Assembly: GCF_006345805.1 (NCBI RefSeq)
Contig: NC_042999.1
Span: forward strand, 162,812,001-162,876,000
DNA: 64,000 nt
Reading direction: 5' to 3'
Source of the DNA: Octopus sinensis
Lineage: Eukaryota
How positions within the stretch are numbered: the first letter of the stretch is position 1; each line of letters starts with the position of its first letter. Position numbers and translations under genes: made by a program. A model generated the notes under the pieces. The model was given only the letters and a program-made list of their open reading frames with translations, was not told the origin of the DNA and searched no databases. Shown here piece by piece: positions 24,206-36,321 of this stretch.

Positions 24206-26270
24206 ATATATATATATATATATAAACACACACTCACACACAAGTGTACACATACAAGCACATATACCAAGTAAACATCTCCTCACACTTCATTCCTCCA
24301 AATTTGTTCTGCTTTCCCATCACCCCAATACCACCACTACTACCACTACTTCCACCCTGGACTGTTGTCCCCCTTTACTTATTTTTATTAAATGTAAGAT
24401 AGCTGCAATGTTCAGCTCTGGTTTCAACACAATCAACTTTTATCTCCTTATTTTCTCATTACCCACTGACAAGAAACCACCACCCCTAATGTCTCCTACA
24501 AACCTCAGACAACCTCTCACCTCCTGTATACTTAGTACTATATTTAAAGAGTACAGTGTCTGATAAAACCATATTTGTCATAGGCTTTGGCAAAGTCTAT
24601 CTACTGATATTAGGTTAAGTGCCACCCCCACAAGTTTTAAATATAAACATGTAAAGCATCAAAATTCAGTAAAATAGAACTTTTCTTCAACCATGTGAAT
24701 CATATAAAGATCAGATAAGTTAAAGATACATTCGTTCAGAGGCCATTTAAGAAAATAATTTTGATGTTACATTTTGTTCTATTAGATTAAATTTTTGATT
24801 TGTATGATACTGAAGGTTTGTTTTTTTTGTTTTCTAAATCTCCAAGCTAAAAATACTTGTCATCCTTGTGCTGTTTACTTCAACTCCATTAGTGATTAGG
24901 TCAATTCAAATGACTCTGGAATCAAGTGGATGAGTATGACATTTGAAGAAACACACTACTCAAAATTTTGTGAGCTTGTGAGATTCAAATCCCCTCTAAA
25001 TATAAAGATTCACTAGAAATGGCCTGACCCACGCAGTTAGTCTATGTGGTTTTGTGAGGTGGTTTGCACACAGAAATATATCTTGGGAGAGATATTGAGG
25101 GGCCTAGAAGGACAGTAGATTTTCTCAGGTGCAAAGATTTCATCCTCTGGCACAGCCGATTTATATATGCAGTTTCTTAACCTTGCATACTTTTCTGCAG
25201 GAGGCTTTCATGCTCAGAGAAGGTTCCAAAAATTTTGAGTTTGTTATGGGCTGGAGAAACAATATACAGAAGAAAAGTCCTACTTTCAAGTAATAATACT
25301 TGATCATGACATATGAAACCTTAATTATCAACTTTATAAGGTCTCTTTTAGAGAAAACTATGAAACTATCAAGGATGTATTTTGAAAGTGTTCCAAGTAA
25401 TTTTTAGACCCCCAAATTCACTATGATTCTATTTGATCAGGCTCATGACAGGGAAACAATTTTGTGAAAAGTTCAGGTGGTGTTTTGGGACGCACAGAAG
25501 GCTCTATGGCATTTCTACCCATGCTAGTATGGAAAACGGATGTTAAACAATGATGATGATGATGATGAATGTTATTGGAACCAGAAATGATGAGATAACA
25601 GAAGTTTGAAGAAGAGGAATACATTTCTAGAGATGATGAAGAAGCAACCTTTATGAGCAATTCTTGAGATCTAGTAACTCTTATAGTGACAGGCAAAACA
25701 GTCAAAACTGCACAGAAGTGCTGTACCAGGTTGCAGTGTACTGGTCAACACACCAAAAGTACTAGTAATAGAAATGTTTGTAGCAACCATCACGGCATTG
25801 ATATTCACAACAGATATAGTAGCGATGGGGAGGACACCAGCTACAAAATATACTGAACTGCAGCCACATCAGTGAATGCAAGAGATAGCAATGACATCAT
25901 CAATTCATACCCAGCTTGTACTGGCAACCCAAATACTGACATACCAGCTGACAGAGCTGTGGCCGAGCTCATGCAAGAACTATCATGAGCTCACCAGACA
26001 TCCTTTTACCAACAACCAATCAGATACCCAACCCCTTTTCATCAGTTTTTAACAATAGTGTCAGACTTTCCAACCAGCAGGCATTCTTTCCTCTTCACAC
26101 TGTACAGAGTTCACATTATATGCAGAAACACACACACACACACAGGTTTGTTTGTATGTATGTATATATATATATATGAAGGGAAAGTTTACGAAAATAA
26201 ACAAAAGACAAAGGCAGGTGGTTTACAAACAAACAGATGTATTAGTATAGTGCTCAGGAATAGAAAAAGT

Positions 26271-26306
26271 ATTTTACGTTTCAAGCCTACGCTCTTCGAC
26301 AGAAAG
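26271..26306 (-). ncRNA. Hammerhead-like motif (family 2, CUGUCGA core) in a Penelope-like pLTR remnant
   Basis: Minus strand: uuu-CUGUCGA-AGAGC guag GCUU-GAAA-CG-UA-aaa. Confidence 0.5.
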
Positions 26307-26719
26307 ATACACAGAAAAAAACAAGGAGAGAAAAAAAATGTGTGTAGTGGCTAACAATCTATCATGGCATCTGACTTCGGAGAGAATGGTCAGACGGGAG
26401 AGGGGAAGTAGGGAAGATAACAAGGTCAAGATGACCTCCAATATGAAGGAGCTCCCAACACAAAGGTGCGTGTGTGTATAAGAGAGTATGTATGTGCGTG
26501 TGAAAGAGGGCTGGTGGTCTGGATGTGTGTGTGTATGTATGTGGTGTGAAGATGTGGGGATGGGTATGTGGGTGGTGTGTTGTGATGTGATGTGTAATGT
26601 TGTATGGTGTAGTGTAGTGTGGTGTGATGTGATGTTGTGGGGAGGTGTGTGATATATATATTATAAACCCAGTGTGTATGGGATGGCACCAGTGGTTTCA
26701 TGACTTAATGATTAGGAGC

Positions 26720-27000
26720 ATTCAGCTCACAATCATAAGGTCCTGATTTTGATTCTCGGAGGTGTGTTGTGTCCTTGAGTAAGACCCTTTATTCCATATT
26801 GCTCCAGCCCAGTTAGCTGGCAAAACTGAGCAGTACCTATATTTTGAAGGGCCAGCCTTGTCACACCCTGCATCATACTGTATCTCCTTGAGAACTACGT
26901 TAAGGGTACGCATGTTTGCAGAGTGCTCAGCCACTTGCATGTTAATTTCATGAGCAGGCTGTTCTGTCGATCAGATCAACTAGAACCCTCATTGTTGAAA
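26720..27000 (+). mobile_element. Diverged SINE sharing the family B 3' region
   Basis: gggccagccttgtcac...gagaactacgttaagggtac...gtgctcagccacttgcatgttaatttcatgagcaggctgtt. Confidence 0.65.
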
Positions 27001-27497
27001 CTGATAGTCATTATCAACCACATATATTTAATATATATGCTTTATTTGCTGGTAGGCTGTAATTTTGTGTGGTGAAGAATATTCTCTTAAAGTGCCGGTT
27101 GTTAAAACACCTAAACATCATGGACAGGCAACATAACTTACCTCTAAACCCTCTCCACCATGTCAGGCATACCTGCAAATATGCGATATGCATATAAGTC
27201 ATGGACTGACAAAATGATTCATCTCCAATCTTGTTCAGCCATATGATACTGATAAGCGAAAAAAATGGTGAAACATCAATGTCCATCACTCTTGGATGAG
27301 ATTAGAAGTGAATTATCTTGCCTGTCCATGCCTTTCAAGTGTTTGAACACCTGGTGCTTTGAGAGAGTAATCTCCACTACACTAACAGCAGCCTACCAGC
27401 AAATACACAAGGCATATATATTAAGTATATGTGGTTGATAATGTTTATTTCACTAGCACTGATTCTATTTCATATTTGAATATATATATATTCTCCT

Positions 27498-27905
27498 CAG
27501 GAGTGGTTGTGTGGTAAGTAGCTTGTCTACCAACCACATGATTGCAGGTTCAGTCCCACTGCGTGGCACCTTGGGCAAGTGTCTTCTACTATAGCCTCGG
27601 GCCGACCAAAGCCTTGTGAGTGGATTTGGTAAACGGAAACTGAAAGAAGCCCGTCGTATATATGTATATATATGTATGCGAGTGTGTATTTGTGTGTCTG
27701 TGTTTGTCCCCTAGCATTGCTTGACAACCGATGCTGGTGTGCTTATGTCCCCGTTACTTAGCGGTTTGGCAAAAGAGACCGATAGAATAAGTACTGGGCT
27801 TACAAAAGAATAAGTGCCGGGGTCGAGTTGCTCAACTAAAGGCGGTGCTCCAGCATGGCCACAGTCAAATGACTGAAACAAGTAAAAGAATAAAAGAATA
27901 AAAGA
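27498..27905 (+). mobile_element. tRNA-derived SINE (family A), full length
   Basis: A/B-box head, internal microsatellite, (aaaagaat)n tail. Confidence 0.88.
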
Positions 27906-28147
27906 ATATCTCCAGAAATCAAACTTACTTCAATATGGATGGATTTACATTCTCATTTTCACTTTCCTTTTCTGGGAAACTAAGAGGTTTTTTAAAATAT
28001 TTTTTTAAAACCCGTTATATGACTGGGCAACACTAAAAGAACTTTTAGAAGTCCGTTTGTTACCTAAATCTTATTTTTATAGAACTATCCCTGATGTTTC
28101 AGGAGTGTAACACCACCCCCTTAGATGTTTGGAGAACCCAAATGTTT

Positions 28148-28236
28148 TTTCGGCTGATGAGTACGGGTCACTTATATTTACTGCAATATTTGCAGCCTTA
28201 ATAAAGCTGTCTTCGTACGAAACAATTGTACCGAAA
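28148..28236 (+). ncRNA. Type I hammerhead ribozyme motif (family 3, long stem II)
   Basis: TTTCGG-CTGATGA-GTACG...CGTAC-GAAA-CAATTG-TA-CCGAAA; 6-bp stem I, intact core, GUA triplet. Confidence 0.8.
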
Positions 28237-28751
28237 TATTGATCCATTCTTGTTGCTTTTTTCTTATTTATATATATGTGTGTGTGTGTGTGTGTATAAA
28301 TGAAAAATGTATGGTAAATAAACCAACGACATAGCATATACTGAGTGTACAACCAGACAGGATACAGACACAGAAGGTCCCTAATTCTTCATTAGTTATC
28401 AACCAAATGGTAATACTCAGTTTTACTCTATTAATAATAAGACTGCGAACTTCTTATGCTGGCGGTGTCTGCAAAAATTGCGGAGAATATAGAGCTGAGA
28501 GCAAACAAAACAAAACAATAGAGAGTGGACATATGAAAGTGAATAAATGTGATTTAAGATGATGGACAAAGACAAAATAAATAAAGAAATAAGCAAAATA
28601 TAGCCTCGGGGCCAAAAGGACAGGACGGTAAGTAATGCTTAGAAGACATCCTAAAGGATAGACAACAGTGAGACACAGAAAAATTGTCAACAAAAAATAA
28701 CGTCAGCAAAAAGAATGGCAACAGAGGGTTGAGTTCAAAATTCCACCAGAA

Positions 28752-28793
28752 CACCTGATGAAGGCTGGAGAATACATCAGCTGAAACATTGTG
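28752..28793 (+). ncRNA. Partly decayed hammerhead motif (family 4) in a Penelope-like pLTR remnant
   Basis: cac-CTGATGA-a-ggctg...cagct-GAAA-catt-gtg; stem III ACGT is mutated to ACAT. Confidence 0.5.
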
Positions 28794-29665
28794 ATAACAA
28801 CAAGGTGAGAACACCTATCCAGCAGTTGTAAATAATGTACATTATTCCTCATCTGAAAATATAGAATAGTACTTAGGATTAAGGGTTTTGAGTTAGGTTA
28901 AGGTTAGATTTAAATAGAAAGTGGAGAAATCTTTTTTCAGAATAAAAATCACTTATGCTTAAAATATGGAAATCTGAAAAAATGTTTTCAAAATAAAATA
29001 AAATAAATAAGCTTAAGGCGTACTTAATCCTGAGAGTTTTTCCGAAAACTGTAGTGTAAGTTAAATAAACTGCTTTGCTGTTATTAATTTCCAGTCTCAA
29101 ATTCATTGCAGAGCAAATAAAAAAAATTCGCTAAGTAACCCATGTTCTTAGGGGAGGGGTTGCTTTTCCCAGCTCTCCATTGTGGACAAGTGTGTTCCAA
29201 CATAGCCTTTGATTAACCAGTGTGACTTAAATTTGGTCGATAGAGACCGCACAGAAGCAAGTCACGCGCGCGCGTGCATGTGCGTATGTGCGGGTGACTG
29301 TCAACTCGTTCGAATTTACGCTCCTGAACATACGCACGCGTGCACAAGCCACAATCTCTGGCCTCAGAACAAAATGTTCTACTTCTCAATAAAACTTCAG
29401 CCAAAAGACACTTTTTTATGTTTATTACCTACCCCGACAGCTAGATAAAGTAAAGCCATTTACAACAGAGACATCGTTCAAACTATGAGGAACAACGACT
29501 AATTTTCTCTCAAACCACACCCAAACGATAGTTAAAACAACAAAGAACAAATTGGACTGCGTAATTCAAGGTAAACGGCATGGCCACAAACAGCAGGTCT
29601 TATCAAAGCCTGAGCTAGGCAGCAAAGCGAGATGCGTTTATTAGAAAGACAACTATTAGTCAATT

Positions 29666-29995
29666 GGAGGCGCAATGGCCCAGTGGTTAGTGCAGCGGAC
29701 TCGCGGTCGTAGGATCGCGGTTTCGATTCCCAGACCGGGCGTTGTGAGTGTTTATTGAGTGAAAACACCTAAAGGTCCATGAGGCTCCAGCAGGGGATGG
29801 TGGTGATCCCTGCTGTACTCTTTCACCACAACTTTCTCTCACTCTTACTTCCTGTTTCTGTTGTACCTGTATTTCAAGGGGCCAGCCTTGTCACTCTCTG
29901 TGTCACGCTGAATATCCCCGAGGACTACGTTAAGGGTGCACGTGTCTGTGGAGTGCTCAGCCACTTACACGTTAATTTCATGAGCAGGCTGTTCC
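29666..29995 (+). mobile_element. tRNA-derived SINE (family B), 3'-truncated
   Basis: ggaggcgcaatggcccagtggttag...ggtttcgattcccagacc. Confidence 0.85.
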
Positions 29996-30058
29996 TTTTC
30001 ACTGCTAGGGACCCCTTTTATTAAAATTTTTCCCACGGACCCCTTTTAATATACTTAT

Positions 30059-30099
<41 letters not shown>

Positions 30100-30205
30100 G
30101 GAGTAAACACATAAATGTGAAACAAGGTGGAAAAACTGTCTGATGAACGGCAACAGGAAACTCAGAGTAACAGGTTTTGTTGAATTTTCTGCTGCTTTAA
30201 ATAAA

Positions 30206-30241
<36 letters not shown>

Positions 30242-30306
30242 ATAAGTATATTAAAAGGGGTCTGTGGGAAAAATTTTAATAAAAGGGGTCCCTAGCAGTG
30301 GAAAGG
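29994..30306. repeat. Inverted repeat with arms of about 70 bp plus (TA)n tracts enclosing a Penelope-like fragment
   Basis: cactgctagggacccc...cttatcc is complementary to ggataag...ggggtccctagcagtg. Confidence 0.8.
30136..30173 (+). ncRNA. Minimal hammerhead-like motif (family 5)
   Basis: CTGT-CTGATGA-acg gcaa cag-GAAA-C tcaga G-TA-ACAG; 4-bp stem I, very short imperfect stem II. Confidence 0.5.
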
Positions 30307-30480
30307 TATATATATATATATATATATATTCAATCAAAGCAATTAAGATTCAAGTCAATTCCAATGAATTTACTTGAATGTGGTACTTAACTTAGATGCA
30401 CCAGAAAAACAATATGGTGTTAACCATACAGTAATGTGGGGTGATTATAAACGAGAAAGAAGCAACAAGAATGGATTAGT

Positions 30481-30571
30481 TTTTAGTACAATTGTTTCAT
30501 ACAAAGACAGACTTTATTACAAGTTGCAAAAATTGCAGCAGATAAAAGTGGCCCGTACTCATCAGCTAAAA
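30481..30571 (-). ncRNA. Type I hammerhead motif (family 3), left palindrome arm
   Basis: Reverse complement of 31,379-31,469. Confidence 0.75.
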
Positions 30572-31378
30572 TACATGTGAGTTCTCCAAACATCTTAGTG
30601 GGTAAGGTTATACTCATGAAGTATTGGAGATAATTTCATTAAAGGCAGTTTTAGGTTGCAAACAGATTTCCAAAGTTCCTTAATGATGATGCACAGTCTT
30701 ATCCCAGGTTCTTAAAAGCTTATTAGCTTCACAGAGAAGGTGAATTAATCCGTAGTGTAGATTTAAATTTCCAGAGATATGAGGAGGATGATGCACAGAC
30801 TTATCACAGGTTTTTAAAAACTTATTAGCTTCACAGAAAAGGTGAATTAATCCGTAGTGTAGATTTAAATTTCCAGAGATATGAAGAGGAATTTCATACT
30901 CACAGACGATGAATTTATCCATTGTTAATCCACAATCATTTCATGCTATATGATAAGGTATTTGCCACCTTACTGTTCTCCATGCAAAACTGCTTATCAT
31001 ATAGCATGAAATGATTGTGGATTAACAATGGATAAATTCATCGTCTGTGAGTATGAAATTCCTCTTCATATCTCTGGAAATTTAAATCTACACTACGGAT
31101 TAATTCACCTTTTCTGTGAAGCTAATAAGTTTTTAAAAACCTGTGATAAGTCTGTGCATCCTCCTCCTCATATCTCTGGAAATTTAAATCTACACTACGG
31201 ATTAATTCACCTTCTCTGTGAAGCTAATAAGCTTTTAAGAACCTGGGATAAGACTGTGCATCATCATTAAGGAACTTTGGAAATCTGTTTGCAGCCTAAA
31301 ACTGCCTTTAATGAAATTATCTCCAATACTTCATGAGTATAACCTCACCCACTAAGATGTTTAGAGAACTCACATGTA

Positions 31379-31469
31379 TTTTAGCTGATGAGTACGGGCC
31401 ACTTTTATCTGCTGCAATTTTTGCAACTTGTAATAAAGTCTGTCTTTGTATGAAACAATTGTACTAAAA
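31379..31469 (+). ncRNA. Type I hammerhead motif (family 3), right palindrome arm
   Basis: TTTTAG-CTGATGA-GTACG...TGTAT-GAAA-CAATTG-TA-CTAAAA. Confidence 0.78.
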
Positions 31470-31519
31470 ACTAATCCATTCTTGTTGCTTCTTTCTCGTA
31501 TATATATATATATATATAT

Positions 31520-32974
31520 ATACATGCACATATGTGGAAAATCGGTGTGTTTGTTTGTGGAGTTGTTATCTAACTCCTCCTACATCGCTTTAGTGATTTT
31601 GATGAAACTTGCCATGTGAGCAGAACTCATGTCCAGAAATCACGTGACATACTTAGATTGTTGAAAAAAATCGATAATATGCCCCCTGGAAGGGACCTTT
31701 ATATCTACCTCATATAACTATTTTTTCTTTTTAAACACCCAAGTGAAATAACCCATAGCACCTTTACAATAGTTTTTTTTAAACACTCAAGAGGAAATAA
31801 CCCATTTCATTGTTTGTTTGATTACTTTGAATATTGATTTTTTTTGTGTACCCTATTTCTAATTTTTGCAGACAATATCACTCTTATACTTTATTTGACA
31901 CCTGAGTAGAACTCATGTGTGGAAACCTTGTGACATACTTAGATTCTTGAAAAAAAATCAATAATAGGGTCCCTCCAATGGATCCTTCTATCTACTACAT
32001 ATTACTAATATTTTATTCGAACAACCCTAGGGAACTAACCCATATCAACTGCAGTTTTTAGTGAAGTGATCAATATTTAATTCTCAAAATCAGCCAGCCT
32101 AATTCTGCATTTCCCTACTCAGTTTTGAACTGCTAAACATTATTATTGCACATCCTTGATTTGAATCTTTAACCTTAAAGACTTCATTCAGACATTTCTA
32201 TACATATATACTTTTTTTGAATGCCCATTACTCCGATAATTCTGCATTTTTACAGCTACACTATTTCCATGACAGTAGATAAATTTTTTATTCCACAATG
32301 TATTTGTAATGGCTTCATGCAGGTATAGCATGGAGTTGATCTTCGATTGCCAAATTTCATTTTACACTTCAACAGTGCTTTTCTCACGTTAAAACAATAG
32401 TTTTTCTGTGAATGACTGTAGTAATACATTACCCAGATGTCTTAGCTAAGCAGAATAATGTCTTTGCCACTTGACCCTTCTAACCTTTTCTAGGCCACCA
32501 GGGGTTGAAATGGAGATAACAGATCTCCAACAAAATCATTTGTTCTCAACAATATGTCTGTCCTTCTGGTTGCTTTTCGATAGTTATAAAAACAAGAACT
32601 CCATAAGCTAAAGGCAGTTATTGAGAGCAACCGTCAGTGAGTGTGAATGTTATTATTGAACTTTCTTCATTTCATTCTTAAACATTAAACACTTCATTCA
32701 TATATTTATATACATATATACTACATTTATATATTATCTTTAATAAATTAGCTTTCATAAAGTTCACCTTTAAAATGCCATGATGAGTCAGAGTACTTTC
32801 TCGCCAACCCTCAGCAATCTCTCCCTCCTCCAGCTGACAGTTTTTTATAGTTTTTTGTGACGCAAAATACACCTTTTGTAGCAGTTATAATGAAATTGCT
32901 TTCTTATATCAGTGTAATAAGGAATTTCAATAGAATATCTTTATGCCCCGGGAATTACCGAGTACACCAGCTAG
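31520..32974 (+). mobile_element. Probable non-autonomous Helitron of a second family (5' boundary uncertain)
   Basis: 3' end ccccgggaattaccgagtacaccag-CTAG|T; internal diverged duplication agaactcatgt...gtgacatacttagatt. Confidence 0.5.
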
Positions 32975-33471
32975 TATATATATATAGACATATATGAAAT
33001 TTTGAATTTAGTTCACGGACACCCAGTACTACCTTTGCAGACCACCAGGGGTCTACAAATCCCAAGTTGGGAATCACTGCCTTAGATCAATGAGCTGCAA
33101 GTCTTCAGCTAGATGCTTTTGATTTCTGAAGAATGGATTACTTATACACAATTCATTCTCTCACTTGCACCCATCTTCATCATTCTCTTTCACAACTCCT
33201 TCCTCTATCCCCTATTTTTGACATCCATCTATCTCTCACTCGCACCACACTCTCTCCCCACAATACTGATCACTCTCATATCATTCTCTCACTCCAGTTA
33301 CTCCACCCTTTATCACCTTGTCTTTTTCCCGTTACTCTTACTTCCTGCTATAGCAAGGTTCCTACTAAATTTTGAAGCATCACTCTGACTTTCCCAGCTC
33401 AAGACCACAACCTACTGTATTGCCATTGTAGTGAAATTCTTCTCCCTTTATTATGTATACGAACATTCAAA

Positions 33472-34580
33472 TGTAGCAGATAACAGCTAACCTTTGGCCA
33501 CTATTTGGAACCCTGTTGTGTCCACTACTCTGATTGGTCAATATTGGTGCAATTTGTCTCTTACTCTGCAGCGTATAACCAATCAAAACCCCTAAATAAG
33601 ATCACATGAGACAGCCTGTTCTTAACTCAGTTTTAATCTACAGCTCCTTATAAAAACCCAGCTGCTCTTTGTCTCTAAGTCTTTGGTTCCAGACCTTTTG
33701 AGGTCTAGCCAATGACCACACAAGACAGCCAGTTACAGCGACAACACCAGACAACAACACCCATCCAACAGAAACATGCCCAGGTTTTAACACAGCACTG
33801 TTCGTGAATTACTTCACCCTGGATCAACAACAAAGATACAGCCTGTGAGCCAGATGACAACACTCGTCCAACAGCATTAAGGTGATCTCTTTCTTCATTG
33901 CTACCATCTTTTTAATGATGTCAACAACATCTCTACATACACAGCTCAACCAGTAACACTGCGCAGGTTCTAACATGGTACTGTTTGTGAATTACTTCAC
34001 TATGGTTAACAGCAAATGCAACCTGCGAGAACTCCTGTAACAAGTGACCCAGGCAGCAGCATTACAGCCACAACTTCGTACAATACATACTGCAACTGGC
34101 TCTGCATCATCACCACAACTTCTTGATACAGTATTTCAATCACCATGTATAATTGACTACGAACTGGTATCTCTCATTCTTGTGTCTATGAACATTTGTC
34201 TAGCTTCTCATTATAGACTTTCACTTTCTCCTTCTTATATGTACTTAATGCACATGCATACATCCATTCCTATACACACATACACTTTGTTCTCATGACG
34301 GCCTGTCTACTATACATGAAGCACACACTGACACACATTTTAAGCTATCAATAAAAGACCTCTTAAACATGCTACTTGGTTGTCTCCCTCTCTTTCCAAC
34401 TGGCACATTATATGCCTTATTTCAGCCTTCTGAATGGAGTTGTTATTAGATGGTTTCACCACGCTTCACCACATCGTCCATCTATAATTGGTGACCTGAC
34501 ATAGAACACGCACTACGACATCCAGCTATAATTGGTGACCTGATGTAGAACACACACCACAACGTCCATCTATAATCATA
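33472..34580 (+). mobile_element. Probable LTR with tandemly duplicated PBS-like motif
   Basis: Starts TGTAG; TATA-like ttataaaa at about 33,648; AATAAA at about 34,351; tggtgacctga at 34,489 and 34,533 (44-bp period), resembling a tRNA-Trp PBS. Confidence 0.4.
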
Positions 34581-35583
34581 AGAAGCAATGTATCACCTTA
34601 AAAAGCATTAATGCCTTGGTGAATATGACTGAACCAATCAGCACTAACTTGATGCAGTAAGCTTTGAATAAATTTTCCCATTAAATAGCTAATTGAAGAT
34701 TCTGAAAATTTAGCTTATAGTTTTAAAAAGTTGATGAGTGCCACTCTGCCATCCAGACGAAATTATTTCAATTTGCTCAGTAAATTAGTCTCTCACTCTT
34801 TCATACTTTTGCTTATGCCATATTCAACAAAAGTTATCAGCATTGAATTATAATGCTGAATCACATATACTAATTATTGGCAGTCGTTTCAATTCTTTGT
34901 ATATATTTCATCTTCAGTAACTAAGAACTACTTTTATTATAATATCTAATTCATTGTATTACGGAAGATTCCTATTATATTCATAACTTGAGAAAAGTCT
35001 TACATATTGTCACTGTTCCACTTGCAGATTGTATTTGTAATGTGTGAGCATGCTTGCATATAGGTAGGCAAGCAAAAGTGTGTGTGTGTGCACACGCGTG
35101 TGTGTGTGTGTGTGTGCACGCGCGCGTGTGTGTGTGTGTGTGTATGTGTACGTGCGTGTGCATATGTGTGTGCATAAGTGAGTGAATAGATGAATGGGTG
35201 TGAATTCCCCTAGGCATGTACAAGCAGCTTGTAAACAATGGTCACTGTCCTTACAAATGGTATCATTTGTTTACAATCCGATGTGAAGGTATGTCTAAGC
35301 TAAATGGTTGTTCGATAAACTAGGAGAAAAATTACTTTGTTTAGAAACAAGTGAAAGTTGGAAAAAGAAAGAGCTTCTAACTGTAAAAAGATCTGCCTCT
35401 GCAAAGTTTTTTGTGATGCAGGTAAACTAAGTATGAAAAAGTGAACATTGCAACAATAACTGCATTATTCACTCCTGCCAGTGCAGGGCATCACACCAAG
35501 TGGAACTGAACAATGAATTAGTGGCAAAGCAATAAATATTCTTCACCTAAACCTATATATTATTCCCTACTTATTAACAATAA

Positions 35584-36268
35584 CACTGGTCGACAAGTAT
35601 TTTACATCAAGCATATGTCAAGGTGTACTTAGTGTAGTTTTTAATGCTGATTTCAAATATACAATTAGTTTTTTGATATCACATACAGTTTTCAAGATGC
35701 AAAAGTTTGTTTTGGTTTTTAGCTCTTGTATTATATAGAAATTCCAATTAATGACATGTATGCACGTATTTCATTTAAATCGTGGAAACATACCTTTAAA
35801 ATAAACTACGTTATTCATTGCTGCATAATTCAGATGCATATGGTGAAAGATTTCACCAGAACATTAATGCTATGGAGAAACGGTACCAAGCCTTCTGAAA
35901 TAACAGTATGATGCCGGACACTTTACCGTGATCAACCAAAAATGGGAACACAACAGGAAATCCAAATCACAATGTTTCTAACTCTGTTGTTCTAACTTTG
36001 TTTTGTTTGACCCAATTTTTGTGTATTCACTCTTTGTAGAATGATAATGATGATTTTTAACTCAATAAACTCATTTGATTTCTACAAATAATATGCCCGT
36101 ATTTATTACGTTAATGATTTCATATAATCAAATATGTAAATATTTGCATGCATCTACTGAAAAACTGATACGTGTTGCATACCAATGGAATAAAATTTTG
36201 AAATCTGCATGATAAATTGGTCTCAAAAAGTTGTTATGCATTCATACATTTAATTTTGTTGACCAGTG
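35584..36268. mobile_element. MITE-like element with 13-bp TIRs and TAA flanks
   Basis: taa|cactggtcgacaa ... ttgttgaccagtg|taa. Confidence 0.55.
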
Positions 36269-36321
36269 TAATCTTGCACGCAGCCAGAAAAAATATACTT
36301 CTCCACAACTGCTTATTGTCA

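Larger units (their letters stand above)
30451..31499. repeat. Near-perfect palindrome: 507-bp arms, 35-bp spacer, each arm with a 102-bp internal duplication and a hammerhead motif
   Basis: 30,451-30,957 is complementary to 30,993-31,499 with no net indel; the mirrored ORFs 30,680-30,922(-) and 31,028-31,270(+) are nearly identical. Confidence 0.95.

Noticed and set aside
24900-26130. Selenocysteine or UGA recoding in the TGA-rich frame
   Set aside because: CpG decay of CGA explains the bias more simply, TAA stops and frameshifts also occur, and no SECIS was seen.
29666-29745. tRNA genes at SINE heads (also 15.7-16.1, 20.5-20.9, 21.3-21.7, 27.5 and 38.7 kb)
   Set aside because: The A/B boxes are followed by SINE bodies and tails, some with TSDs. 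These are tRNA-derived SINEs.
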